Source of the DNA: Klebsormidium nitens
Taxonomy: Eukaryota; Plantae; Klebsormidiophyceae
Assembly: GCA_000708835.1 (NCBI GenBank)
Contig: DF237726.1
Coordinates: forward strand, 1 to 33,638
Reading direction: 5' to 3'
DNA length: 33,638 bases
Position numbers and translations under genes: made by a program. Within the stretch, counting starts at the first letter, position 1. The number at the start of each line of letters is the position of its first letter. Shown here in pieces: positions 1 to 10,500 of this stretch. Under the pieces are notes generated by a model that saw only the letters and a list, made by a program, of their open reading frames with translations, made no database searches and was not told the DNA's origin.

Positions 1-37
1 AAACCCTAAAACCCTAAAACCCTAAAACCCTAAAACC
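1..37 (-). repeat. Terminal telomeric repeat (TTTTAGGG)n, seen as (CCCTAAAA)n on the + strand; left chromosome end
   Basis: aaaccct|aaaaccct|aaaaccct|aaaaccct|aaaacc: about 4.6 copies of an 8-bp unit starting at base 1, C-rich strand facing outward as expected for a left end. Confidence 0.95.
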
Positions 38-43
38 AAAAAA

Positions 44-1576
44 GTGGCCTGTTGACATATTGAGTCGAAGTCTGGCGGCCTACCATTGGACTCGTAAGCC
101 CAACACCTCGCGGCAAACCGTGTACAATTCTCCAAACCGGCCGGGACTCTCTACGTGAGCGAGATATGAGCTTGTTATTTTTCTGATCCACAATTGAACC
201 TAGCTAGCCGGGCGGCTGCTGCGGCCCCAACCAGTACGGAATGATCCCCGGCCCATCGTGTCCGGAACTCCGGAAATTGGCCCTCGTGGGGGGGGGGGCT
301 GGAGGCCGCTGGGGGCAACATGAGTCTAGGCAACATTTGTACCCCTAGTTAATCAGTTAAACCTCAGAGCATTCTGAGGAGGGGGGGGGGCTGGTGGCCG
401 GTTTTATTTTCGGAGTTCCGGACGCGCCTGCAGAAATGTTTTGACACAGATGCCTGGGCAACTTGAATTAGTGCCCTTGGGCCGGCCATGCATAGCTATA
501 CTAAGTAAGCTTTGATTGCAATTCAGCATTAGTACCATGCAATCACGGTGACTCCCAGCGCTGAGTGGGCCCCATCAAAATACTTGCTCCGGTGCCACTC
601 GATCGTTGAAACTTAGTGTTAATGGCGGGCCGGCATTCACTAACATGCCACAATGACGAGCGTCTGATCGTCGACCAGGCTAGGCTAGCCAACCTAGCTT
701 GAACCGAGTCACTCAAATTTGATGTTACGAATGATGAGTACGGTGCCATTACTAATGATGGCACCAATCAATCTATATATAAGCAGATTGTTGACTGTCA
801 ACGCGACTCCTAGCCTATGGCTGACCCGGATTGTGATCGCATGCTTGCTAAGTTGCGCGCCCGGCCCTTAATTGGATGCTGTGCTTGATTACTTTAGGAT
901 GCTCAGTGTCTAAGGTTCCATCCTATATATGTATACTAGCTGAGTCTGAACGTCTCATTGAATTTGTTGTCCGATTGAGTCTTACGTTGCGGTCACCCGG
1001 CGCACCGGCACGGCCGGCGCGGTATACCGCACTACATATACTGTGAGTAGCAGACCGGCCATGTGAGCTCGACGACGCGCTAGATGAAATACTTGAATCA
1101 ACTTCAAGGCTTAGAACCCGGCCAGGCCATACTATCATGTTGGCACATGGCGGGTCTGAATGTGAGCCACTACTAGCCCTCACCAATTCATATAGTTCTG
1201 AAACAATTCTTATCAGCATTTGCAGTAGTCGTGTAGGGGAGAAAGCGTCAGCATGCTTCTCAAAACGTTGCACACACCTGCAGCCACGCGTTTTTTGAAA
1301 CAATACGTGGCAGAGGCCGCATATGATGATCCCTGAAGCCTCTCTACGTTGATCAATGTGTAACTTATCTATCTACGCACAGACGATCAACCTACGCCAA
1401 CGGATCAACATCTGGATCGGATATCGCGTTTTGGGATCCATACATGCAATTTCTCAATGGTTTGTGAGCCTGCACTAGCCGGACCAAAAATGCTTTGACA
1501 TCTCAGTTTTCTGAGTTCTTTATTTTGGAGGTATAACCTGGTCCTTTTTTCTGTACTTTTCGGAGTCCGGAATTCC
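44..1576. other. Short subtelomeric region, non-genic and repeat-relic-like
   Basis: Roughly 50% GC by eye, versus about 75% in most exons. No phase-consistent exon chain. G11 (288-298) and G10 (381-390) runs, an imperfect inverted repeat (261-276 vs 408-422), motifs recurring at 1488-1571, and 12 CTAG sites. Confidence 0.6.
1519..1524 (-). promoter_or_regulatory. Candidate AATAAA polyadenylation signal of ZFYVE26
   Basis: tttatt on + (AATAAA on -), 55 nt downstream of the ZFYVE26 stop codon. Use is not demonstrated. Confidence 0.3.
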
Positions 1577-1578
1577 TT

Positions 1579-4500
1579 TCACTCTGTAGCTCCAGGCTGC
1601 ATCTTTTTTGCCAACCACTGATGGCACAAGTCCATCACGTTCAGTTGACCCGTCTCACGAGCCTGCATGCAGCAATCGAGCAGATGTTGGGCTGGGAAGA
1701 GGCAACTCGTTCTTCTTTTAGATTGACACAAAACCCGAGTATCCTGGTATCCGTATGAGCCTGTTTCATACATATCAAGACGACTTTGCATGAGCCTCAC
1801 GACAGCTTGATGCAGTGGTGGCGGGTGCCTCACCTGTTGCGCGACCAGCTGGACGTCCGCTGCACTGTCGGCACGCGATGCAAACTGGAAGGCACTCTTC
1901 AGGCGGCCGCTTGCCACGCATGCCAGGACTTTCCTGCACAGGATGGTCACAGCAGGGCTTGCAACAGTATGCCAAGCGCGGCACTGCAGTTTTAGAGCCG
2001 GCTCCGCTTAATTAGCCGAATGGCAATGTAATCACTTTGCACAAGTAATGACGCGATAGGAGCGCGGCGCGGTGGCTGACCGGTGGCTGTTGGAGAGCTG
2101 GTCGACGAGGTGCGCGGGGTGCTCCTTGTGCTGCTGCGCGTACACGTGCACGGCGGCCATCACCACCTGGTCGCGCTCGCCCTCGTCGATGGTGCCCGTG
2201 ATGTTGCGCAGCAGCTCCGCCACGCCGCTGCCGCGCCGCCGCGCCGCCAGGGACGCTGCCGCGCCAGCATACGTCGCCACGGCTGCAGGAGGAAACGAGA
2301 GACGTCTTCGAAATGTTCCGAATCGATAGCGAAGTGATAGCGGGAGGTTCCTCGGGTTCGCTACGGCTGCGCAGGGAAGACGCATTCGACAGGCGGCAGG
2401 TGCATGTGCACAGATACGACAGAAGCTGCGGCGGTGACTGAGGCGTTTTCTTTTAGTTTTTAACCTGAGCATACCGAGCTCATCAGCTGGTAGCATTGGG
2501 ACTGCTATGCGGCGGTGACTGAGCGGACAGCCCCCCTCGAGCAGTTCCCCAAGCCCGCTGTTGCGCACCTGGGAGGCGGAAGTCGTAGATGATGCGGAAG
2601 GCCAGGTCGAAGTTGCGCTCCGCGAGCTGCTCCGCGACGGCGGTGCGCCGCCGGAGCGTCTCCGCGTCGCCAGGGTTGCCAAACAGGGAGTGCCGCCAGG
2701 GGGGGCCCTCGCCGTCGCCGAATGCGCGCACCGCCTCGGCCTGCACCACCATTGATAGCGGCACGGGCGTAAGACAGCGCCGCAGGCGCGACAGCCTTCA
2801 CATTGCAGCCCCTCGGTTTGTGCCGTATCCATCACGGGCTGGCAGGCAGCAGGGTGAGCAGCTGTGGCGGGCAACGGGCGCGGGCCTGACCTGGAGCGCT
2901 GTCCGCGTGGAGAACTTGATGATTTCCTCCTCGCTCAGCTTGGCCGACGCGCTCTTGCGCCCCTCCTTGGCCCGCCGCCCGCCCGCGCCGCCCTCCGGAG
3001 GGGCCGCCTGCCGGAGCGCCAGGCCGTCGTCGAAGTGGTCCTGCAGTGGCGGACAGGGCGGGGGCGTCAGTCGCGCCAGGGAGGACGCTACTGCTGCATA
3101 TGTGGCAGAGCTCGGCGAGAAACACGCCTGGTGCAACGACATAGGGCACACGCGCTTCGCTGGCCGAGCTGAGGGTGGCAACGAGGTGCCTGCTTGTGGC
3201 GGGGCAGTGCGTGCGTACCCGCGCCGCTTCCAGGTGCTGCACGGCCTCGTCGGCGGTGGCCGAGTTCTGGAAGAGCTGGATGGCCGTGAGGCCCGCCGCG
3301 ACGGGGTCCCCCAGCAGCAGCTGCGCGCATGGACAGCACGCGACCATGAGCGTTATTACAGGAGCCGCCAGGGACAGTGCCAGGGAGAGGAGGAGCGACA
3401 GGGTGTGCCCAAAGGCAAAGCTGCATACGCCAAGTGAAGCGCTTGTGGTGGAAGAATAAAAGCACTTGGATACCTATTACAAGGTAAATTATCATACTGA
3501 ACATCATACTGAACAAATCGTTTCCTCGTATCAAAGCAGCTTGTGCTCTATGCTTGCAAATGTTCGTTTCGTCGGGGCCTCAGTTTGGCAGGCGCCAAGC
3601 ATCGCCGGAGTGCGCAAGGGTACTTGTGCCGCACCTGGATCCGGTGGAGGTGGTGAAAGTGGCGGTGCGCCTCGCAGAAGGCGGCCATCTTGGCGAGCAC
3701 CGTCCCCCGCTGCGCCGCCCCGTCCTCCCCTGCCGCCTGGCTGCGCTCCGCCACCGCTCGCTCCAGCACGGGCATGGCGCCGTGCGCGACGCACAGCTCG
3801 CACAGCTCCTCTAGCGTGCCCACCGCCGACACTAGCGGATCACCACCGCCGGCTGTCGGCCGCGGGGCTGGCCCAGCCTGCGGGGGTGGCGTCGGCGGGG
3901 CAGGGGCGGGTGAAGGGGGGAGGTGCGCGAGAAACACGTGGCAGGCCTCCCCGAAGCGGCCGTGCCGGAACAAGAACGGAAGCACGCCCGAGGGGTGGTA
4001 CTGCAGTGAACAAAAGTGGCGTCGAATTAGAAAAAGCTAGGGCAAACCAGCGCACGCCTTCCACAAACTCCACTGCTGTCTGAAGCGAGGAATTTTGCAT
4101 CTTTAGGAGAATTCTCTAACAGCGGTTTGCGTCAGCAAGCCCTGCTCGGGGGCGCACCTGGCGCAAGTACTGCACCGCGTGGTCCTTCCTCTCGTCGTCC
4201 AGGTAGTCCGCCCGGTTGTCCGTCGGCGCCTCCGGCCCACCCGCCCTTGCGGCCTCCGGCTGCTCCCCAGAGGAGCGGCGCGAAGGGGGCGGCCGCTGCT
4301 CGGGGGGCGCATTAAGCACGTTGAGGTACGCGTCAAAGGAGAAGGCCTCTTCCGAGGAGAGGGCCACGCTGCGCGCCACCTCCGAGTACCTGCAAGCACG
4401 CGCAGCGCAGCCACACAGCGTCAGCCCGGAGGAGGATGCATGAAGAGGTCAGTGCGGCAGAAACGAGAGCCTTTGCACCAAGTCGCAGGGACGAGCAGCT

Positions 4501-7500
4501 CCGAACAGGTGCACACGGTTCCGTCCCGAGCGGGCTGCTCGCGGGAGCTGGGCGGTGGCCCAGCCGCGAGGCACACTCACAGGGTGCGCGTGTGCGGCAG
4601 GTCGACGGGGGGAGCGCCCTCAATGGCGGCCACGATGGCCTGCACCGCCTCGAGGCGAGCAGGGTCCGGGAGCAGCTCCAGCGCAGCCCTGGAGAGCAAG
4701 GGCAGACGCGCGGTGAGACCAGAGAGCCGATAAGGGACAACGCATCCTCCGGTTGCTGCTACGGAGGGCTGGCCATTCGACCACCTTTCCGGGTTCCGAG
4801 AGTCAAAGCGGGTGGTGCTCAAGCAATTGCGCTATGGCCTGCTCGAGCGTGGTCGGGAGGGGATGCTCGCTCGCTCAAGGGCTGGCGCAAATCAAGAGCT
4901 ACTGCGAAAATTTTCTGATAGGTTTGATGGAGCATCCCGAGCGACCTGTGCGTACCGGAGGTGGGCGTGCGCCTGCGAGTAGTGGCGCGTGGCCAGCAGC
5001 GCGATGCCCCACGCCAGCTCCACTGCTTCCACCGGGCCCTGCCACACACCAGGAAATCATCGCGGAATTAATGTAGAGTGGCGCAAGTGCATGACATGAG
5101 CTAGAAGCACAGGTATTTGCTCGGAAGAATGCTGTTGAGTGAGGCGTGATGCCAGAGCAGCCCAGGATCACGACCGCTCGGCAGGAGGGTCTGCGCGAGT
5201 CACGGCTGCTAGGCCGGCCGTCGCTCTCCTGCAGGTCGCAGGCGCAGCACTGCCGGGCTTGCCCCGCCCCTCACCCCGCACTTAGTGCACAGCGCGTGCG
5301 CCAGCTCGAAGCGCTCGTCCTGGAGCAGCCGGTCGCAGAGGCCCCGCCGCTCGGTCTCCCCCCGCAGTTCGGGCAGGGACACGGGCACGCCCGCGCGCAG
5401 CAGGGCGCGCACCATCTCCACCTGTGGCAGCAAGGAAGGCGGCCGCGACCGAAGGGCCTCGTCGCCGGCAGCGGCAGCGTCTGCTGAAAGGAGGGCCTCC
5501 ATGTGCTGCACAGCCTGCGAAGAGAGGACAATAATCACATTGTACCCTTTCCGAGCACTTCGCACGCTCACCAGGTCACCACCACGTCACTCCCTTCGCC
5601 AAATACAGGACAATGTGAGGGCCAATCCACGAAAGAGACAATGCGTACAATCATTCGCATGCAAGGAGCCAGACCGCTGGGAGCATCCTCTCCAATGAGT
5701 GTATCCTGCCCGGTCGCCCTTTGGCCCGGGCGGTCGCCCTGCGTTGCAGCCCACCTGGGCATAGGCGTCCGCTGCCCGCAGCCCCTGCTCCATGGTGGCC
5801 GCGCTGGCCGCCGGGACACCGAAAGCGGCCCACACCGTGCGCTCCAAGCCTGCCAGCAACTCGCGCACCACGCCCGGCACGTTGGAGCACAGTGGCAGAA
5901 TTTCCTGGAACCAAGGAGACATCCAGAGCGTGTCAGAAGCAATAGCTGCACTAAGCTTGAAGCTTCTTTCAAGGTTTCATTGTGACCAAGATACTGACAA
6001 CACCGAGCCAAGTTTCTGACAGATTCTGACCTTGTCAACGTATTGAAGCGTGGGCCTTGTAGCCTGCCATGGAAAATTGAATACGGAAGCGCACCCCGCT
6101 TTGAAATGATAAAACATACGACAAAGGCTTGTGAGAGCACAGAGGATGAACGCTGTGCGTCGATCTTGGGCCGGTTCCCAGCTTGAGATGTTAGCCAAAG
6201 TTGGACGACATTGGACGGAAGGGACGAGCAGCCGACGGAACCCGCCTCGCCCCCCTGGCCCCCTGGTGCGTATCTCATCCTGGCCGTACTTTTACCAAGT
6301 CACGGCCAGGCGCGCATGCGTGGCTGGCGCCCACCTTGAGCATGGCGGCGCTGGGGGCTGCTTCAAAGGTGTGGCTCCGCCGCGTGTTGTCGTCCTTGTC
6401 GGCGTCCCCCGTGAGCACGCCGTCGCCCACGACCCGCCCCTTGGGAGCGCCCTCCGCCAGGGCGGCCCCCCGCGCGTCAGCCGGCCCGGCCATGGCCTCC
6501 CAAGCAGCGCTCTGGGAGGGAGGCAGCGTCAGGGGCCGCTCTGCCGGGCGGGCCTTGCTCGGGACGCGAGGGCTCTCCGTTCCTTCACCACCTGCATAAT
6601 TTGCACGGATGACTGCGTGCGACGGGACAAGCACCTTCGTATATTGCTCGCTTGATGCATGCGCAAGCACAATTGGCAGCCCCTTTACAGCAGGTTCGAT
6701 GCACCATAAGGTGCTCAATGGGTCCGTCTCTTCGTGTTTGTGCATCGGGGGCTGTCCCCCGGCCGCCTTGGGTGCTCACCTCGGTGCAGCAGGCCGCGCG
6801 TGAACTGGCTGGCGGCCGCCCACATGGTGCTGGTGCCGGCCGCCCACGAGATGCGCCGCGGCGTGCTCTGCCCGTCGGGGCTCGCCAACACGCCTCGCAG
6901 CCCGCCCGCGGTGCTGATGGATCGCAGGCTGCTCGCCGCAGGCCGCTCCAGCCGGGGGCGGGGTACAGCGGGGCTGCCGCTGGTGCGCTGGGAGTCGGAA
7001 GGGGCAGCGCGCGAATGGGGCAGGGCGGAGCCGGCAGCGGTCTTGGAGGCTGGCAGTGAGGGGGCGGCGGCCGCGCCAGCGGAGGGAGGCGCGAGAGCCT
7101 TGGCAGCGTAGCGTACGACGAGGGCGTCGTCATGGAGGGAAGGGCACGCGCGCAGCATCTGACAAGTGAAGCACGACGAAAAGGGGTCGGGAAGCAAGGC
7201 GAAGAAAGTGGTGCAAAAGGTCAGCAAACGAGGTGTGCCATGCAGGTCCGGCAAGCTTGCAGATGCCCACTTTGAGTGCGCTGCGCGGTGTGGGTGCTGA
7301 CCTGGTGCGCCGTGGCAAACTGCTGCGCCATGAGCAGGCTCTCCAGCACCAGGTCGGGCTGCTCCGCCAGGTGGCCGCACCGCTGCTGCCACGGCGGCGG
7401 CAAGCGGGCCAGCGCCGCCAGGCCGGCCGCCAGCGAGTGCAGCCGAGCAGCGTCAGGCGGGGGGAGGCCGGGGGCCGGATGGGACACCAGGTAGCGCACC

Positions 7501-10500
7501 TGCACGGATCGAACACTCCATGCGATGGTGGACAAATTCTCCCATGCTTCACTGAGAGGTTACTTCTGTCGGACCCATCCTCCTAGCGGCTCCTACATGA
7601 CAAAGGGGGTGTCGCAACACGTGAAGGAGCGCTTCTGGGGTCTCTCAAATGATCATGGCGTGGAAAGACCTTAGCTCCTAGGCGACACCTCAATGAACGT
7701 TCAAAGTGTTGTCCTAGTCCAAGGCTCCGCTGGGGCCCACCCTGCCCGGCAAGTCGACGAGCCCGGTAAGGTGTGCTCGTGCCCGTTTAGTGCTTGTTGC
7801 GTTGCAAGTTGACATGCTACTGCTGGCGGTCGTTTCCAGAAGATTTCCGGAGACTGCACTTGAAACGGCGTTGGCAAACCTGTCTTCAAAAAGAAGAGGA
7901 GCCAAGCCGGGCCGGCCCGGTTGGACGGGGTGCACGTTGCTTGTCGCTGAGCCGTGTTGTTTGGCGCCTCACCAGCAGGCTCTTGTCCTTGATCCGCCCC
8001 AGCTGCGGCAGCGCCCCCGTGACCACGGCGACCGCGTCTTCCCCCTGTGGCAGCTCCCGCAAGTAGCGCAGCGCGACGGCCGGGCCACCCCCCTGCGCGA
8101 CCGCCCCGCCTACGAGGTGCGCCAGCTGGCGGCTCTGCAGCTCGTGGCGTAGGCCGGGGTGCAGGCCTGCTGCCTGCACCACCTCCAGCGCGGCCCCAAC
8201 AGCGCCCTTGGACGAGAGGCGCAGGGCCAGCCCCTCGGGGTCCGCCGCAAACAGGTCCTCCACCTGCGGGCAGCCACCAATACAAGCAGCATAAGCAGAC
8301 GCATGCGCCCAGCAGCGTGGCAAGGCGGACGAGGGGGAGACTGCGCCAACGTCTTGAAGGCTCTTTAGGGCATTTTCGTCCGCCATATGAGAGCTGCCTG
8401 CGGCCCTCGTATGCAAACCTTCAAATATGATGGACTGAAAAGATGCCCCCTCCTTGCTAAGTCCTGCCGACATCCGCATGGTACACATGCCAGCCAGGGC
8501 CAGTTCCAAAGGGCCAGTTTCAAAAGGCCACGGGCCTGCACCTGCTGCCACGTGTTCAGGCTGGGATCGGCCTTGAGCACTTGCTGGTATCTCGCCAGCT
8601 GCTGCTTGCGCTGCAGCACCTCGTCCCGGAGTGCACTCCCCGCGGGGAGGTGCGCCGCGCACACCGCCAGCACCGACTCCCCCTGCTCGCGGCCCCACCG
8701 CCGTAAGCACCTGCCCAACAGAAGGAACCGTGACTTAGAACCCAAGACAGGAAAGACAAGATCAAGGTCACAAGGAGATGTTAGGATGTCGCCCGGTTGC
8801 ATGTCCCGCTTCTATGGCTCCAACTCGTGGTCTTTGCAGCAAGTTGAGACAGACGGGTTTTGGCCCTGCCCATCGCACGTCACAGCTGGCAACAGGTGAC
8901 GGCCCGTGCTCTTACCTGAGCGCCGCGCGCGCTGCCGTCTGTTTGTCGCGTAGCCTGGTGCAAGCCTGCCAGGCCTGCAGCTGTCCCCCTTCCCGAGCCT
9001 GCCCGCCGTGCGTGCCTTCTTGCTCGATGACGGCCAGCAGCAGCTCGTCCGGCGCTCCAGCGACGAGGCGACTGTCCGCCAGCTCCACCGCATCTTGGAC
9101 GGCCCCCCGGCGCATCAGCTCACGCACTTTCGCGGCGTACCCAGCCTCGTCTTCCCACTCGACCAGCTCCGACGGCCGGCGCTTCGTCCCGAGGGACACC
9201 CGCTTGCGCCCATCCAGCTCCTCCGGCTGCACGAGAGTACCGCTCGGCAGGCCTGGTGCCGGCCTGGCTGCCGCGTCCTCACGCTCGGGGGAGTCCGCTG
9301 GTCGCAGCCGCTTGAAGCGTACGCCCGAGGGATGCGCAGCCGCTGGGGGCGGGGGCGGGGACTCGAGTGGGGTGGGCGGAACTTGAGGCACATCCTCGTG
9401 AAGACGAAGCCAGCGCCGCAGCACAGGAAAACTGCACGAGACAGCAACACTCTCGAAAACAGTATACCAATTTACCCTCCGCTGCCGTGTTTACCTTGGA
9501 ACTCACTGAAGAGGCATTTTTTCTGAAGCCGACTCTGAAGCGTTTAAAGGAAGACTGCTCTAATCTGTGTTATGCTCGAATCACCTATCTCCGCGGAAGA
9601 CATCGTGTGTGCAATCACTCTGTACGTACCGGGACCAAACACTTCCAAGCTCGGCTCAATGAAGCCTTGATAAGAGCAAAAGCCTGTGCCCTGGCTGCAA
9701 CGGGCCCACCGCCAGATGCACGGTTTGCTCCGATGCATCTGGTGGGCGCGTGCCTCCGTACCTCTTGGCCGTGCTGAGCGCCACGTCGGTGAGGCCCCGC
9801 CTCCTGGCCGCCTCCCCCTCGCCCTCGTGCTGGCCGGGCCCTGGCAAGCTGCCGTAGCGCGCCGCCAGGATGGCCTGCTGCGGGGACGCGCGGGCCACGA
9901 AGTGCGCCACCTCCACTTCCAGCGGCTGCGCAGGCTGCTGCCCCGGCGTGGGGGCGGGGTGAGCAGGCGGCAGGACGGGGCGCAGGCTGGACGAGAGCAG
10001 CTGGCGGACCAGGTCCACACTCATGAGCTCCGCCGCGCGCGACGCGGTGTCGGTGCTCCCGCGCTCAAAGGCGAGCTGCGCCAGTAGCTGCACTCGGACG
10101 CAAGGGGAGTGAGGGACGGTCGGGAGTGGGGGGCACCATCAAAGCGCTAGGGCGTACCTGCGAGTTTTTCAAAGGAACCCGATCGACGACTACAGCTCAA
10201 GAAAGCGTCTAAGGGTTTTCGAATCCAATGGGGTAAGGCACGTGCGATAAGAGGTTGCTTGGACGATCCGAAAGCGCTGATCGTGCAGCTGCAGCGTTGA
10301 TCGTACCATCTTCCACACTGGCTTAATTGAGGAGGTTGCCGAGTGGCCGTCGTTGATCGCCAGACACAAAGCTACAGACAAATGGTTGCCCTCTTGTGAA
10401 ATTTGCCGTTTCAGAGCTTGTTTCTGGTGCACTTCAACGGCAGGCACGCTTGCTCGCCACAGAAGCGGCATCAGCGGACTCTGCGTGCGGATCCTCACGT

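Noticed and set aside
69-78. AGTCTGGCGG matching the MITE internal motif
   Set aside because: An 8-10 bp match is expected about once by chance in this window.
543-1303. Subtelomeric ORFs of 74 and 126 aa as a telomere-associated retroelement (Penelope-like or LINE)
   Set aside because: No reverse transcriptase, endonuclease or transposase motif, and I found no hammerhead consensus.
261-1571. One 1.3-kb TIR transposon bounded by the TCCGGA motifs
   Set aside because: The end match is only about 15 bp and imperfect, with no target-site duplication. Reported as repeated motifs only.
2455-2490. CTGATGAG on the minus strand resembling a hammerhead core or snoRNA C box
   Set aside because: No GAAA after the putative stem II and no downstream CTGA D box.
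3491-3514. 12-bp tandem duplication ATCATACTGAAC x2 in an intron
   Set aside because: Ordinary replication-slippage duplication.
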